A stretch of 64,000 bases of DNA from an uncultured Candidatus Saccharibacteria bacterium (GTDB taxonomy: Bacteria; Patescibacteriota; Minisyncoccia; UBA6257; 2-01-FULL-56-20): contig CAZDFQ010000001.1 in NCBI GenBank assembly GCA_964505005.1, positions 114,458-178,457 of the forward strand, in the 5' to 3' direction. Both the position numbers and the translations under genes were made by a program. The notes beneath the pieces are model-generated. The model saw nothing but the letters and a program-made list of their open reading frames with translations, was not told where the DNA came from and made no database searches. Of the stretch, positions 18,818 through 28,097 are shown piece after piece (within the stretch, counting starts at the first letter, position 1; every line of letters starts with the position of its first letter).

Positions 18818-19142
18818 ATGGGTAGCTTTCCTTTTAGTTGTGATAACAGGTTGTGCTCCTCAAACTTCCCAGACAATCCAATGGGTAGGCCCTACTTTAG
18901 ACCTCAACTATCCGACGCCGGAGGAGGTTAAGAGGACCGTCCGAGAAGTATGGCGGGATGCTCAATCAAGGGGATGCCCCAACCAAAACATCGATGTGCT
19001 AGCGAACATCGCTAGGAGTATGAATTCGGAAGGAAATCCCCAAGGCCCCTTCATTTTTGCAACTGTTAGAGCGTTATGTTTGAGAAAGGAGGTGGAGAGG
19101 GAAAAAATAGAAATGCCGCCGCCCTTGAAGAAGGGGTTTTGA
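18810..19142 (+). CDS. Putative lipoprotein
   Basis: GGAGG RBS; hydrophobic signal peptide ending in lipobox-like ITGC. Confidence 0.6.
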   Translation: MHRWVAFLLVVITGCAPQTSQTIQWVGPTLDLNYPTPEEVKRTVREVWRDAQSRGCPNQNIDVLANIARSMNSEGNPQGPFIFATVRALCLRKEVEREKIEMPPPLKKGF

Positions 19143-19237
19143 TTCGTCTATCGGCTGGGCGCGTAGTAGTTCCCACGCTACCGCCCCTCACCTAAGTTCG
19201 TCATTCAAGTTTATGATGATTTTAGGTGAGTATATGA

Positions 19238-20998
19238 CTATTTCCTGATTTTCTCCATCGCGTATTTTACATCCACGCCGACTTTTTTGCGGGGGTTGAA
19301 AATGTTGAGCGGGTCGAAAATTTTCTTGACCTCTTCGAAAAGTTTATAAATTTTTTCGCCATACATCATTTTGAGATATGGTCCGCGAATCAAACCGTCA
19401 TTATGCTCGGCAGTGATGGACCCGCCGTATTCGAGAACGAGCTGGTAAATTTTTTCCATAGAATCGAACATAATCCGGGGAACTTCCGGGTCTTTAAGGT
19501 CAACCAGCGGAATAATGTGGAAATTGCCGTTGCCCGGATGGCCGGCAATGGTATAAATCAATTTATCTTTGTGTTCGTCGAGAATGGCGTTCACCTTCGG
19601 CAAAACTTCCGGCAGATATTCCGGCTTGACAATGACGTCGTCAACGAACGGCGCGGCGTATAATCCTTTGATATGACTGTGAAGAAGCGCGAAACTCTGG
19701 CGCCTGATGGTCCAGTATTTTTCCGCTTCTTCTTCGTTTCTGACGGCTCGGACTTGAACCGGAAACTTTTTCGCGGCCTCAATGACTGATTTTATTTTGC
19801 CATTCAATTCTTCTTCATCATCCGAACTCAATTGAACGAGAATGGCCATTCTCGGAATGCCGCCTTTTAAAACCAACCAAAATTCCGGCAGAAATTCGAA
19901 GGCGAGCTTGATGATGTTGCCTTTCATCATTTTAATGAGCGAAGGCAGAAATTTCAGGGCCAGACCAAGCGTTTTGTCGTCATAGGATTCGATGCTTTCT
20001 GGCTTGAAAGGCAGAATCATTTTCACCAGTTCCGGCACCGGCTCGAGAGTTTTAGAGAAAATGACAATGAGTCGTGAAAATTTTTTCTTTCTGACGAGCC
20101 GCAGCTTGGCTTCGGTCACAAGCCCCAGCGTACCCTGACTGCCGACGATAAGTTTTACAAGATTGAAACTCTTTTTGTCCCAGACATTCCAGAGGGCGTA
20201 GCCGGCCGAGTTTTTGGAAACATCCGGCTTGGCTTTTTTGATGGCTTCGTAATTTTTTTCAATAAGTTCGTAAATCTGCTTATAAATTCTGCCTTCGAAA
20301 GATTTTTCTTTTATTTTTTTCTGGAGCTCTTTTGCCGAAAGCGGTTTTATTTCGTGCTCTTCGCCGTCTGCCAAAACAATTTTCAGCGATTCCACATAAT
20401 CCTCGGTTTTTCCATATTCAAGGGTTTTCTCGCCGCCGGAGTTATTGCTGACCATTCCGCCGATGGCGCAAAGGTCTTTGGAAGCCGGAAAAGTCGGAAA
20501 AAGCAGACCTTTCTCGTCAAGGGCTCTCTCCAGGTCGCGATAGTAGACGCCGGGCTCAACCATAACACGACCACTACCCTCGCCAGAACGAGAACCGGAC
20601 ATTCCAACATTCTGCAGAATGTTGGAATGTTTTTTATTGGGAGATGGAGCCGAATCATCGGGAAGGACAACAATTTCCTTTATGTGGTTAAAATACTTAG
20701 TAAATGAAATGACTATCGAATCGTTGAGCGGGCCGCCGGACATATCCGTGCCGGCCGAGCGGGCAGTCAATGATAGCTTAGAGCTTTTTCCGCCCAAGGC
20801 GGATCCGCCTTGGGCGGAAGCTTTTAGTTTAGAGCTTACGAATTTTACGAGATTTTTGACATCTTCAGCGTCTTTCGGAAAAACAACCGCCTGGGGCGTT
20901 ATTTTAAAAATCGAGGCGTCAACGCTATATTCGTCCAAAATTTTCGGCTCAGCAGAAACATCGCCTTTTAGGATTTTTTTCAGGTCATTAATTAACAT
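19238..20998 (-). CDS. FAD-binding oxidoreductase (D-lactate dehydrogenase/GlcD-like)
   Basis: AGTDMSGG, IGGM..NN, GSQGTLG, H.GNGNFH, AEHNDG and FDP.NIFNP motifs. Confidence 0.88.
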   Translation of the reverse strand: MLINDLKKILKGDVSAEPKILDEYSVDASIFKITPQAVVFPKDAEDVKNLVKFVSSKLKASAQGGSALGGKSSKLSLTARSAGTDMSGGPLNDSIVISFTKYFNHIKEIVVLPDDSAPSPNKKHSNILQNVGMSGSRSGEGSGRVMVEPGVYYRDLERALDEKGLLFPTFPASKDLCAIGGMVSNNSGGEKTLEYGKTEDYVESLKIVLADGEEHEIKPLSAKELQKKIKEKSFEGRIYKQIYELIEKNYEAIKKAKPDVSKNSAGYALWNVWDKKSFNLVKLIVGSQGTLGLVTEAKLRLVRKKKFSRLIVIFSKTLEPVPELVKMILPFKPESIESYDDKTLGLALKFLPSLIKMMKGNIIKLAFEFLPEFWLVLKGGIPRMAILVQLSSDDEEELNGKIKSVIEAAKKFPVQVRAVRNEEEAEKYWTIRRQSFALLHSHIKGLYAAPFVDDVIVKPEYLPEVLPKVNAILDEHKDKLIYTIAGHPGNGNFHIIPLVDLKDPEVPRIMFDSMEKIYQLVLEYGGSITAEHNDGLIRGPYLKMMYGEKIYKLFEEVKKIFDPLNIFNPRKKVGVDVKYAMEKIRK

Positions 20999-21073
20999 CG
21001 ATTTTCCAACTGTGGATAAATACTTGACTTACTTACGAAATACTTCAAGATATAATTATATTATCACAATAAT

Positions 21074-21148
21074 ATGAAACATAGAATTTCTCCCAACAAG
21101 TGGTGGAACTCGCTCTTCACTCAAGGAGCGAGATTTAGGTTGGTATAA
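21074..21148 (+). CDS. Putative Trp leader peptide MKHRISPNKWWNSLFTQGARFRLV
   Basis: 24-codon ORF with tandem TGG TGG at 21101-21106, overlapping alternative hairpins. Confidence 0.65.
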   Translation: MKHRISPNKWWNSLFTQGARFRLV

Positions 21149-21215
21149 AATAACTTCCAGGACCTCCAAGGATTTACGAATCTAAAACCCGCTCCTCGAG
21201 CGGGCGTTTTATTTT
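21109..21215 (+). promoter_or_regulatory. Transcription attenuator (1:2, 2:3 and 3:4 stems with U-tract)
   Basis: 1 = ctcgctc 21109-15; 2 = aggagcgag 21124-32; 3 = cccgctcct 21188-96; 4 = gagcggg 21198-204, followed by cgttttatttt. Confidence 0.68.
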
Positions 21216-21251
21216 GTGAAACGCAGAGGCACCTTGAAAAGGAGGATATGA

Positions 21252-22061
21252 ATGGATACTGCCGAACTGAACTGGAGGAAAATCTGTAATGCGGTCAGGC
21301 AGGGACAAAGAGAGATAGCTAACCCTCGGGGGCTGGAATCAGTGATTGATTGCCTGCAGCAGCTGATTCCGAAGTGCGGCCCGGCTTCCCAAACTGCCCA
21401 GATGTGTCAAAGGATTGGCAAGATAATGAGCAACGAAAACTATTCGGTTTTGGCACCCTGCTGCCCGGATTACGCTCACTGTGACAGCCGGTATATCTTT
21501 GGCGGGTTGAGCGGGAACGTTTCCCTTCTCGCCCAGAAACATATCTCTTTCCTCAAAGAGATAAGGCATCTCCTGCCGGGGGCAAATTTCGTTTTGCTCT
21601 ACGCTGACCAAGAATCGGAGGATGAAGCGCTCTTGCAATCCACAAAAACAACTAGAGAAGAATTCCGGGGGTTGGTCCGAAAAAGCGTTGAACAAACACG
21701 AACGGAAGTTGCGGAATTCGGCTGGCAGGTGAGAATGATGACGGAAGAAATCCCGGACATTACCTTAGAAGAAAAGGAGGTTTCCGACTGGATAAGAAAC
21801 AACCTGAAGTTCAAAATAAGGATAAATACGGAAACAATCTACCGAGCCGAGATGTACTGGAAAATCGCGCTATCAGCTGGAAAGCGGTTTTCGGCAGAAG
21901 AGATGACCGAACGAACTATCAGGACAGCGGCTCAATATGTAGCCGTGGGACGTTTCGCGTCCTCTAAAAAGTCCTTGGTCTCTAACCATACAACGGTAAA
22001 TCTCTCCTGGTACCTCCAAACCGAAGCGGCAGTGCTCCACAACCCTGTCGACGTCTATTAG
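21252..22061 (+). CDS. Uncharacterised protein, possibly HUP/class I aaRS-like fold
   Basis: AAGGAGG RBS; 269 aa; motifs PCCPDY and LLYADQE. The ORF is well supported; the fold is a guess. Confidence 0.7.
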   Translation: MDTAELNWRKICNAVRQGQREIANPRGLESVIDCLQQLIPKCGPASQTAQMCQRIGKIMSNENYSVLAPCCPDYAHCDSRYIFGGLSGNVSLLAQKHISFLKEIRHLLPGANFVLLYADQESEDEALLQSTKTTREEFRGLVRKSVEQTRTEVAEFGWQVRMMTEEIPDITLEEKEVSDWIRNNLKFKIRINTETIYRAEMYWKIALSAGKRFSAEEMTERTIRTAAQYVAVGRFASSKKSLVSNHTTVNLSWYLQTEAAVLHNPVDVY

Positions 22062-22064
22062 CTT

Positions 22065-22094
22065 GCCGGGAGCTGAACCAAATCAGCTCCCGGC
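22065..22094 (+). terminator. GC-rich hairpin after the 269-aa gene
   Basis: gccgggagctg-aaccaaat-cagctcccggc, an 11-bp stem with no U-tract. Confidence 0.4.
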
Positions 22095-22103
22095 CGCCCA
22101 ACT

Positions 22104-22700
22104 ATGATTAAATTCATTAAAACTCTTGAATACGAAACGCGACCCGAAAATACGGATGTTTTCGATTATTTATGTGATGTTGCCTCGCAAAAAATCGATC
22201 CTCCCACAAAATCAATGAGGCTTTTCGACCTCGAAAGCGACATAGTGATTTACTCTTCCGCCAGACGCGTGGCCGAAACGATAAAAATAAACAATAAAAC
22301 AAGGTACATCAAGACTTCCCTATTAAAGGAGATTCCCTTTGACTTGCGCTCCTTGTGCGCGAAAACAGAGTGGGAACAAGGCGGAAGCGCCGCGGTTCGA
22401 AAGGGCTTTATTAAGGCCTTTATTGACGATACCCTCCTATTGCCAAGGGAGAGAATTTTTAATGAAATCAAAAAAATCTTAGATTTCTGCGCCAAGCAGT
22501 CGACTTTTCAAGAAATCGCCGTCATCTCTCATTCTTTCCGCCTTAAAATATTTGAGGCCTTTATTTATACCGAAGGCGACATAGAAAAAAATTCCTGTCT
22601 TATAAAATGTTTTATCCAACCAGAACAAAAAACTTATGATTTTGGGAAGGGATTTTCGGTGTCTAAAAAGCGAATTTCCTCGCTAGCTTTACGCTTGTAA
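22104..22700 (+). CDS. Histidine phosphatase-like protein (degenerate)
   Basis: YSS..RVAET, L.EI and VISHS resemble the phosphoglycerate mutase family, but the N-terminal RHG is missing. Confidence 0.55.
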   Translation: MIKFIKTLEYETRPENTDVFDYLCDVASQKIDPPTKSMRLFDLESDIVIYSSARRVAETIKINNKTRYIKTSLLKEIPFDLRSLCAKTEWEQGGSAAVRKGFIKAFIDDTLLLPRERIFNEIKKILDFCAKQSTFQEIAVISHSFRLKIFEAFIYTEGDIEKNSCLIKCFIQPEQKTYDFGKGFSVSKKRISSLALRL

Positions 22701-22740
22701 TTTTTATCTCCCGCAATCGTCTAATTTTTGTTGGCCAAGT

Positions 22741-23120
22741 CATACCAACATTCTTAAGTTTATAGGTATGTTTATTATGCCCGCCGGAAGAATTTTAAAA
22801 AGCGTACGAATGTTTGTCCGTATGGAGAAAGCGAATGTTCTACAAATTTACCGCGATATTTTTTATTGATAAGTCCCGCCTGAGAGAGCCGCCGGGTATG
22901 TTCGCCAATCGTTTTCTCGTTTGCTCCTATTTCTTTTACTATATCTTCCAACGTGATTCTGTCTCGATTAGCAATAAGAAGTAATATTTCAATACGATAA
23001 TGATTGGCAACGCCCTTAAGGTGGCGCTCCATCTGTTTTGCGGTCTTCATTTTACCCGTATCTTTACGATGTATTTAATCATACACAACATACCAACATT
23101 CTCAAGTTTATAAGTATGTT
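22741..23120. repeat. 32-bp direct repeats (30/32 identical, related to family P2) bracketing HTH gene 2
   Basis: cataccaacattcttaagtttataggtatgtt 22741-22772 and cataccaacattctcaagtttataagtatgtt 23089-23120. Related perfect palindromes occur at 20599-20630 and 38677-38704. Confidence 0.88.
22775..23050 (-). CDS. ArsR-like winged helix-turn-helix protein 2
   Basis: LKGVANHYRIEIL...EHTRRLSQAGLI...HSLS wHTH pattern. Confidence 0.82.
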   Translation of the reverse strand: MKTAKQMERHLKGVANHYRIEILLLIANRDRITLEDIVKEIGANEKTIGEHTRRLSQAGLINKKYRGKFVEHSLSPYGQTFVRFLKFFRRA

Positions 23121-23411
23121 ATTTGTTGGTTTAGTTAGAATTGTTTAGTTTAAACTATCGAAATTATTCCTTGAGCCCCTTGATTCTTTCTTCGATTACC
23201 TTCCGGAAATAAGCCCGCAGCTCGAGTGGAGATCTCTGCCGTCTCGCGGACAACACCCCTCTCATCCCCTAAGTCATTTATAAATCACCTCTTCTATTTC
23301 CTGACGCTGTATTTTGGGCTACCTTCTGTTATGCGTCGCTATCGAAACTATTTTAAAAATATCATCTCCGGCTTGAGGTGTCTCATCAATAAGTTCCATA
23401 TACTTAAGCCG

Positions 23412-24350
23412 CTATTTTCTTTTGCTTTTAAGCAATTTCCAGGCCTCGGGATTATTAACTCTGAAGTTAATCTTACTAGAAGAAGTATTTGAATCATCCG
23501 GTAAATATTCTCGTTTATTATTTTTGCTCTGATACAAAATCTTAAATTCGGCATCCTTAAACAAAGAATTATTGATGCCTAATTTATTTTTAATAATATC
23601 TAAGTATTGTTCATTTATTTCATAGCCGATAGAACTTCTGCCTAAAGAAGCCGCGGCCTTCGTAGTTGTCCCGCTCCCCAAAAAGGGATCAAGCACTGTT
23701 TCGCCAACAAAGCTAAACATTTTAATAATCCGCCTTGGTAGTTCTTCTGGAAACATAGCAATATGACCATTTTGTTTTACGCCGGCGAAATTCCAATGGC
23801 CCGTGAAATATTTCCTCCATTCTTCTTTGGTTAGCTTTGATTTTTCTTTAATTTCATCGCTTATATTATTTGGAGATTTTCCTAACTTTTTAAAAATTAA
23901 AATAAATTCATAGTCAATTTCTATCAAGCCGTTGCGAGGATAAGGAAAAGAACCCATTACTGAAGCGCCCCCAGTGGTATTCATTGTTGTTTTTTTCTGC
24001 CAAATAATTGCCCCCATATAATCAAACCCTATTGATTCGCAAAACCTAATTATCTCTTCGCGAATAGGGATTATTTTGTAGCGTCCGTAAGTAACTGCCC
24101 GGGCAAACTGGTCTCCGATGTTAATTATTAAACGGCAACCTGGATAAAGAACGCGATAGCATCCCTGCCACACTTTATTCAAATTCTCTATGTACCCCTC
24201 ATAAGTATCATTAAAACCAATCTGTTCAATTGAGCCGTAATCTTTCAACTGCCAATATGGCGGCGAAGTAACAACAAGGTGAGCTGATTCATCCTTGAGC
24301 TCTGTCATACCGCGCGAATCTCCAACTATTATTTTATGTGTGGTTTTCAT
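23412..24350 (-). CDS. Amino-DNA methyltransferase (beta class, N4-C/N6-A)
   Basis: TSPPY precedes DPFLGSGTT (beta order); H.AMFPEEL. Confidence 0.92.
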   Translation of the reverse strand: MKTTHKIIVGDSRGMTELKDESAHLVVTSPPYWQLKDYGSIEQIGFNDTYEGYIENLNKVWQGCYRVLYPGCRLIINIGDQFARAVTYGRYKIIPIREEIIRFCESIGFDYMGAIIWQKKTTMNTTGGASVMGSFPYPRNGLIEIDYEFILIFKKLGKSPNNISDEIKEKSKLTKEEWRKYFTGHWNFAGVKQNGHIAMFPEELPRRIIKMFSFVGETVLDPFLGSGTTTKAAASLGRSSIGYEINEQYLDIIKNKLGINNSLFKDAEFKILYQSKNNKREYLPDDSNTSSSKINFRVNNPEAWKLLKSKRK

Positions 24351-24370
24351 AATTTATATGCTTTCATCAA

Positions 24371-24955
24371 TTATAGCACGTCATCGGCATAAATTTCTAG
24401 GCCGGATTTCGTCTTTTTATAAAAGATAATTTTTACTCCAATTTCTTCTCTAAGAGCATTCTTAGTCTTGTATGTTATCGGTTTTATTGAGACCGGCGTC
24501 TTATCTATAAAACCATCAATTCCTCTGGATTCTTCTTCTGGAGTCGCTAAACGATAAGAGGTATCTTTCAAATTGGCAATCTTTTTCAAAACCGCCTCTT
24601 GGAACCGTAAACCAACAAATGTTTTTTCTAATACTAAATCCTCTACCCAGATTTCAACCATATCTTTGTCTATTCTACCTATTGCCTCTTTTAATTTCTC
24701 AATCATATCATTAATTTTTCCAGAGGCATTTTTAATAGCACTTGGATAATTTTCAAGGCACCATTCTTTCCACGCTCCGTAAGTTTTAGCTTTAGATGAT
24801 TTTACAAGTTCGGAAAGCTGCCCAACAACCCTAGGTCGCGTTCCTTGAGAATTTTGATTAGCAAGATTAATAATTTGGGTTGTATATTTCGGGAATTCTT
24901 TAATCTCACCTATCAGCTCACGAATTAATTCTTCGTTTTTTATTTTAATCATCAT
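24371..24955 (-). CDS. Type II restriction endonuclease (MjaI-family-like)
   Basis: Adjacent to the MTase; GTRPRVVGQLSEL and EESRGIDG..SIKP (PD-(D/E)xK-like); RBS before ATG 24955. Confidence 0.75.
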   Translation of the reverse strand: MMIKIKNEELIRELIGEIKEFPKYTTQIINLANQNSQGTRPRVVGQLSELVKSSKAKTYGAWKEWCLENYPSAIKNASGKINDMIEKLKEAIGRIDKDMVEIWVEDLVLEKTFVGLRFQEAVLKKIANLKDTSYRLATPEEESRGIDGFIDKTPVSIKPITYKTKNALREEIGVKIIFYKKTKSGLEIYADDVL

Positions 24956-25152
24956 GTTTTTACTCCCTCTATCTCTTATAAATCGCTTCTTTGATTTCCT
25001 GCCGGGCTGCCTTAATTCTTTATAATTATGGGCCGTTTTAAGGTCAGAGGACAACCCTATTTCCGCCTTTTTGGTTATCCACAGGTGGCATTGACTTTTG
25101 ACAAGCGCTTGTCATACTATAATTAATCACTACGAAAAAGACCCTTATGCGG

Positions 25153-25671
25153 TTAGTCCGTATCGGGGGCTTTTTCTTTTTGGGCTTGCAAAATCGACCT
25201 CTTATCGTTTATATAAACAATTCTGGCATCGGTTCTCTTTAAAAGAATAGAACATTTTTCCTGAATGCTTGGTGATAGAATAACAATTAATTTATCTCTT
25301 TCTTTCAAAAATTTAACTAAGCCTGCATAGTCGCCGTCGCTCGCGACAATAACAGCTTTCTTGAATTTGTTTTCATAGGCATCGCTTGTCGCCTGTAATA
25401 CTAAATCGGCATCGCAATTGCCTTTCGGTTTACCAGAACCGTCATATACCACCTCTTTAAATATCAAAGTAAATCCGCATTCCTATAAATAAGTATAGAG
25501 ATTTTTATATTTGGGAATCAGGCCTATAAAAATATATGCTCGTTCAATGCCGTACTTTTCTGATAACCAAATCCTAAATCTTTTATAATCTAAAACCCAT
25601 CCGAGTTCTTCCATCGCCTCGTATAAATTAGCTCCATCTAGGTACGCAAAATTATTATTTTCTTTAGACAT
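25153..25671 (-). pseudogene. NYN (PIN-like) domain protein interrupted by an in-frame TAG
   Basis: YLDGANL...YTYL*ECGFTLIFK...KGNCDADL...SDGDY is one frame with a single TAG at 25483-25485. Confidence 0.8.
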
Positions 25672-25705
25672 AGTTCTTATTCCCAAAAACCGAATTTTAA
25701 ATTCC

Positions 25706-28078
25706 TTATTCCCTTAACCGCTTGTAAATTTCCTCCTCGATTTCTTGGCGGTCCCTGCCGTATTTGGCGCGGGACTGGTTTTTCAGCCGGTCGGCCAGCT
25801 GGCGGTCGCCGCGCTCGAGCGCTAGGGTTTCGATGTTGAACGGCTTGGTGGTTTGGCCATTGACGAGAATTTTCACATAGGCATTGAAATTGTCGATGTT
25901 CAATAAATCGTTCTGGCTGAAAACCGGCTCGAACTGTTTGATCAGAAACTCGGCATCCTGGGCCCCGACCCGGAAAACAATCTGCGAGCCGACATTGCCG
26001 AAAACCGCGTCCCGGATTTTTTCCGTCAGCTGGGCGATGAACTGATGCGCCATCGTCAAGTTCAGGCGATACTTGCGCGCCTCGGAAAGAATCGTGGAAA
26101 TGGAATCAGTGGTGAAATTCTGGAACTCGTCAATGTAGAGATTGAAGTCGCGGCGCTTTTCGACTTCGGGAATGTCCACGCGCGAGAGCGCGGCCATCAA
26201 GAGTTTGCCGCTGAAAATCATCCCCAGCAGGCCGGCATTGATGTCGCCGATCCGGCCCTTGGAAAGATTGACTAAAAGAATCTTGCCTTCATCAATCACA
26301 TAACGGAAATTGAAAGCGGATTTGGGCTGGCCGATGACTGGCCGCATATAATCGTTGGCGATGAAATTGTTGAATTTGGAAGTGATGTAGGGCGTCATAT
26401 TGGCAAGCGAGGCCTCGCCGCCGGCTTTAACCGCTTCTTTCTCCCAGAAATCAATGACCACCGGGTTTTGGATTCTTTCCAGTTTGCGAAGACGATATTC
26501 GCTGTCCGTGAAAATCCGCGGCACTTCAATAAGCGTTGCCGGCTCGTTAGGCATATCTTCCATCAACAGCAGCAAAGCATTCCGCATATACTGTTCGAAC
26601 ATCGGCCCCATGGTTTCCGGCGGAAAAAGCTTGTTGAAAATCCCCTGCATTTCGTTGACGATGAAAGTTTTTTCTTCGGGTCGGTTGAAAGAATATTCGA
26701 GCATATTCAAGCCGAGCGGCCGGAAAATGTCCGCGGTGTCGAAATAAATCACATCTTCGAGGCGATTTGACGGAATATAGCCGAGAGCGTTCTCGGCCAA
26801 ATCGCCGTGCGGGTCAATGATGGCCACGCCTTTACCTTTGGTAATGTCGTCAATAATCATATTGCCAAGCAAGGTGGATTTGCCGGTGCCGGTCTGGCCA
26901 ATGATGTAAATATGCCGGCGGCGGTCATCGTCGGTTATCCGGACCTCGCGGTATTCCCCGCGGAAGCGGCTGCGGCCGATTAAAACACCGGCGGCCGGCA
27001 GATTGGACGGCGGCTCGGATTCTTTGGCTTTGAGCCATTTGATGCGCGGAGTTTCCGTGGAAGAAATCGGCAGATGATAAAGGCTCGCCAGTTCTTCGGA
27101 ATTCAAAATCATGGTTTCCCGGGAACTGAAATTCCGGAAACTCAATTCATAAGCCAGTCGTTGAACATTCCTTGATTTGACAACTTTGAAGTCGTTTCGC
27201 ATCGGGCTGGCGAACTGGCTGAAGCTAGCAATCAGGCCGTCGAGAATGTCGTTCGCCTGGAACGGGGTGCCGCCCGAAGCGGCCAGCCGGACATTGACCT
27301 CGAAAAGCGGCTTAGAAATTTTGGCGGTCAGGGCCTTAACTGCTTCCTCGTCAACGACTTTTTCTTCTTTCTTTTTTTCTTCTTTTTCGGGCGCGAGGGC
27401 TTCTTTCAGTTCCTCGGGCTGGAAAGGAAATTCCTGGCCGAGCACGCGCTTCAAGGGCTTGCCAACTTTCAGGCTTCTGATGTAGGCCTCGATTTTCTTT
27501 TTCTTGTCTTTGTCAGCCGGCTTGACGACGAGCTGGAGCATTGCGCCTTCGCCGACTTCGTTTATTTTGGAAAAAGAACCGGCAATCGCCGCAAAAGTGT
27601 CCAAGCCGATTTCCTGGTAAGTCCTGATGGGCAAAGCGTAACTTTCCGACTGCAAAAGATAAGCAGCCGCCGCGGCTCCCTGAGAATTAAAAATGTTGTA
27701 ATCGTCGGCCGCCCGCTCCACCGAAGCCGCCCGCCACAACCCCTGAATCTGTTTAACAGCCACTTCGCTCAAAACCCGCGGCACCGCCAGATAAAAATGA
27801 ATTTCCTCGCCGATGTGCGGCACCGCCACTTCCAGAACAAAGGGCTTTTTGAGTGCCGCCAAATTGCTCAATAATTGTTCGGTTAAATTTATCTCCTGCT
27901 TGAAATCTTTTTGGGCTGAACCAGCAGCCGGCGCTTCTTTGGGGATTTTTATGAGGAATAAAACCAGGCCAAGGGATTCCCTGAGCCGGCGCTTTTGCCA
28001 GAAACGAAAAATCAAATAAACCGCGGCGGCCAAGGCGCCTATGAATAAAACAACGGCTAAAAATATCAGAAAGGGCAT
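25706..28078 (-). CDS. VirD4/TraD/HerA-like membrane-anchored ATPase
   Basis: N-terminal TM; Walker A GQTGTGKS, IDPHGD, Walker B LYIDEFQNF, SEARKY and AHQ. Confidence 0.88.
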   Translation of the reverse strand: MPFLIFLAVVLFIGALAAAVYLIFRFWQKRRLRESLGLVLFLIKIPKEAPAAGSAQKDFKQEINLTEQLLSNLAALKKPFVLEVAVPHIGEEIHFYLAVPRVLSEVAVKQIQGLWRAASVERAADDYNIFNSQGAAAAAYLLQSESYALPIRTYQEIGLDTFAAIAGSFSKINEVGEGAMLQLVVKPADKDKKKKIEAYIRSLKVGKPLKRVLGQEFPFQPEELKEALAPEKEEKKKEEKVVDEEAVKALTAKISKPLFEVNVRLAASGGTPFQANDILDGLIASFSQFASPMRNDFKVVKSRNVQRLAYELSFRNFSSRETMILNSEELASLYHLPISSTETPRIKWLKAKESEPPSNLPAAGVLIGRSRFRGEYREVRITDDDRRRHIYIIGQTGTGKSTLLGNMIIDDITKGKGVAIIDPHGDLAENALGYIPSNRLEDVIYFDTADIFRPLGLNMLEYSFNRPEEKTFIVNEMQGIFNKLFPPETMGPMFEQYMRNALLLLMEDMPNEPATLIEVPRIFTDSEYRLRKLERIQNPVVIDFWEKEAVKAGGEASLANMTPYITSKFNNFIANDYMRPVIGQPKSAFNFRYVIDEGKILLVNLSKGRIGDINAGLLGMIFSGKLLMAALSRVDIPEVEKRRDFNLYIDEFQNFTTDSISTILSEARKYRLNLTMAHQFIAQLTEKIRDAVFGNVGSQIVFRVGAQDAEFLIKQFEPVFSQNDLLNIDNFNAYVKILVNGQTTKPFNIETLALERGDRQLADRLKNQSRAKYGRDRQEIEEEIYKRLRE

Positions 28079-28097
28079 TATTGAAATTTTTGATTGG

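Noticed and set aside
21011-25084. DnaA boxes (21011-21019, 25076-25084) as an origin
   Set aside because: Two isolated boxes 4 kb apart, with no cluster and no dnaA
25483-25485. Genome-wide stop-codon reassignment
   Set aside because: TAG, TGA and TAA all terminate conserved genes normally; this is a single case
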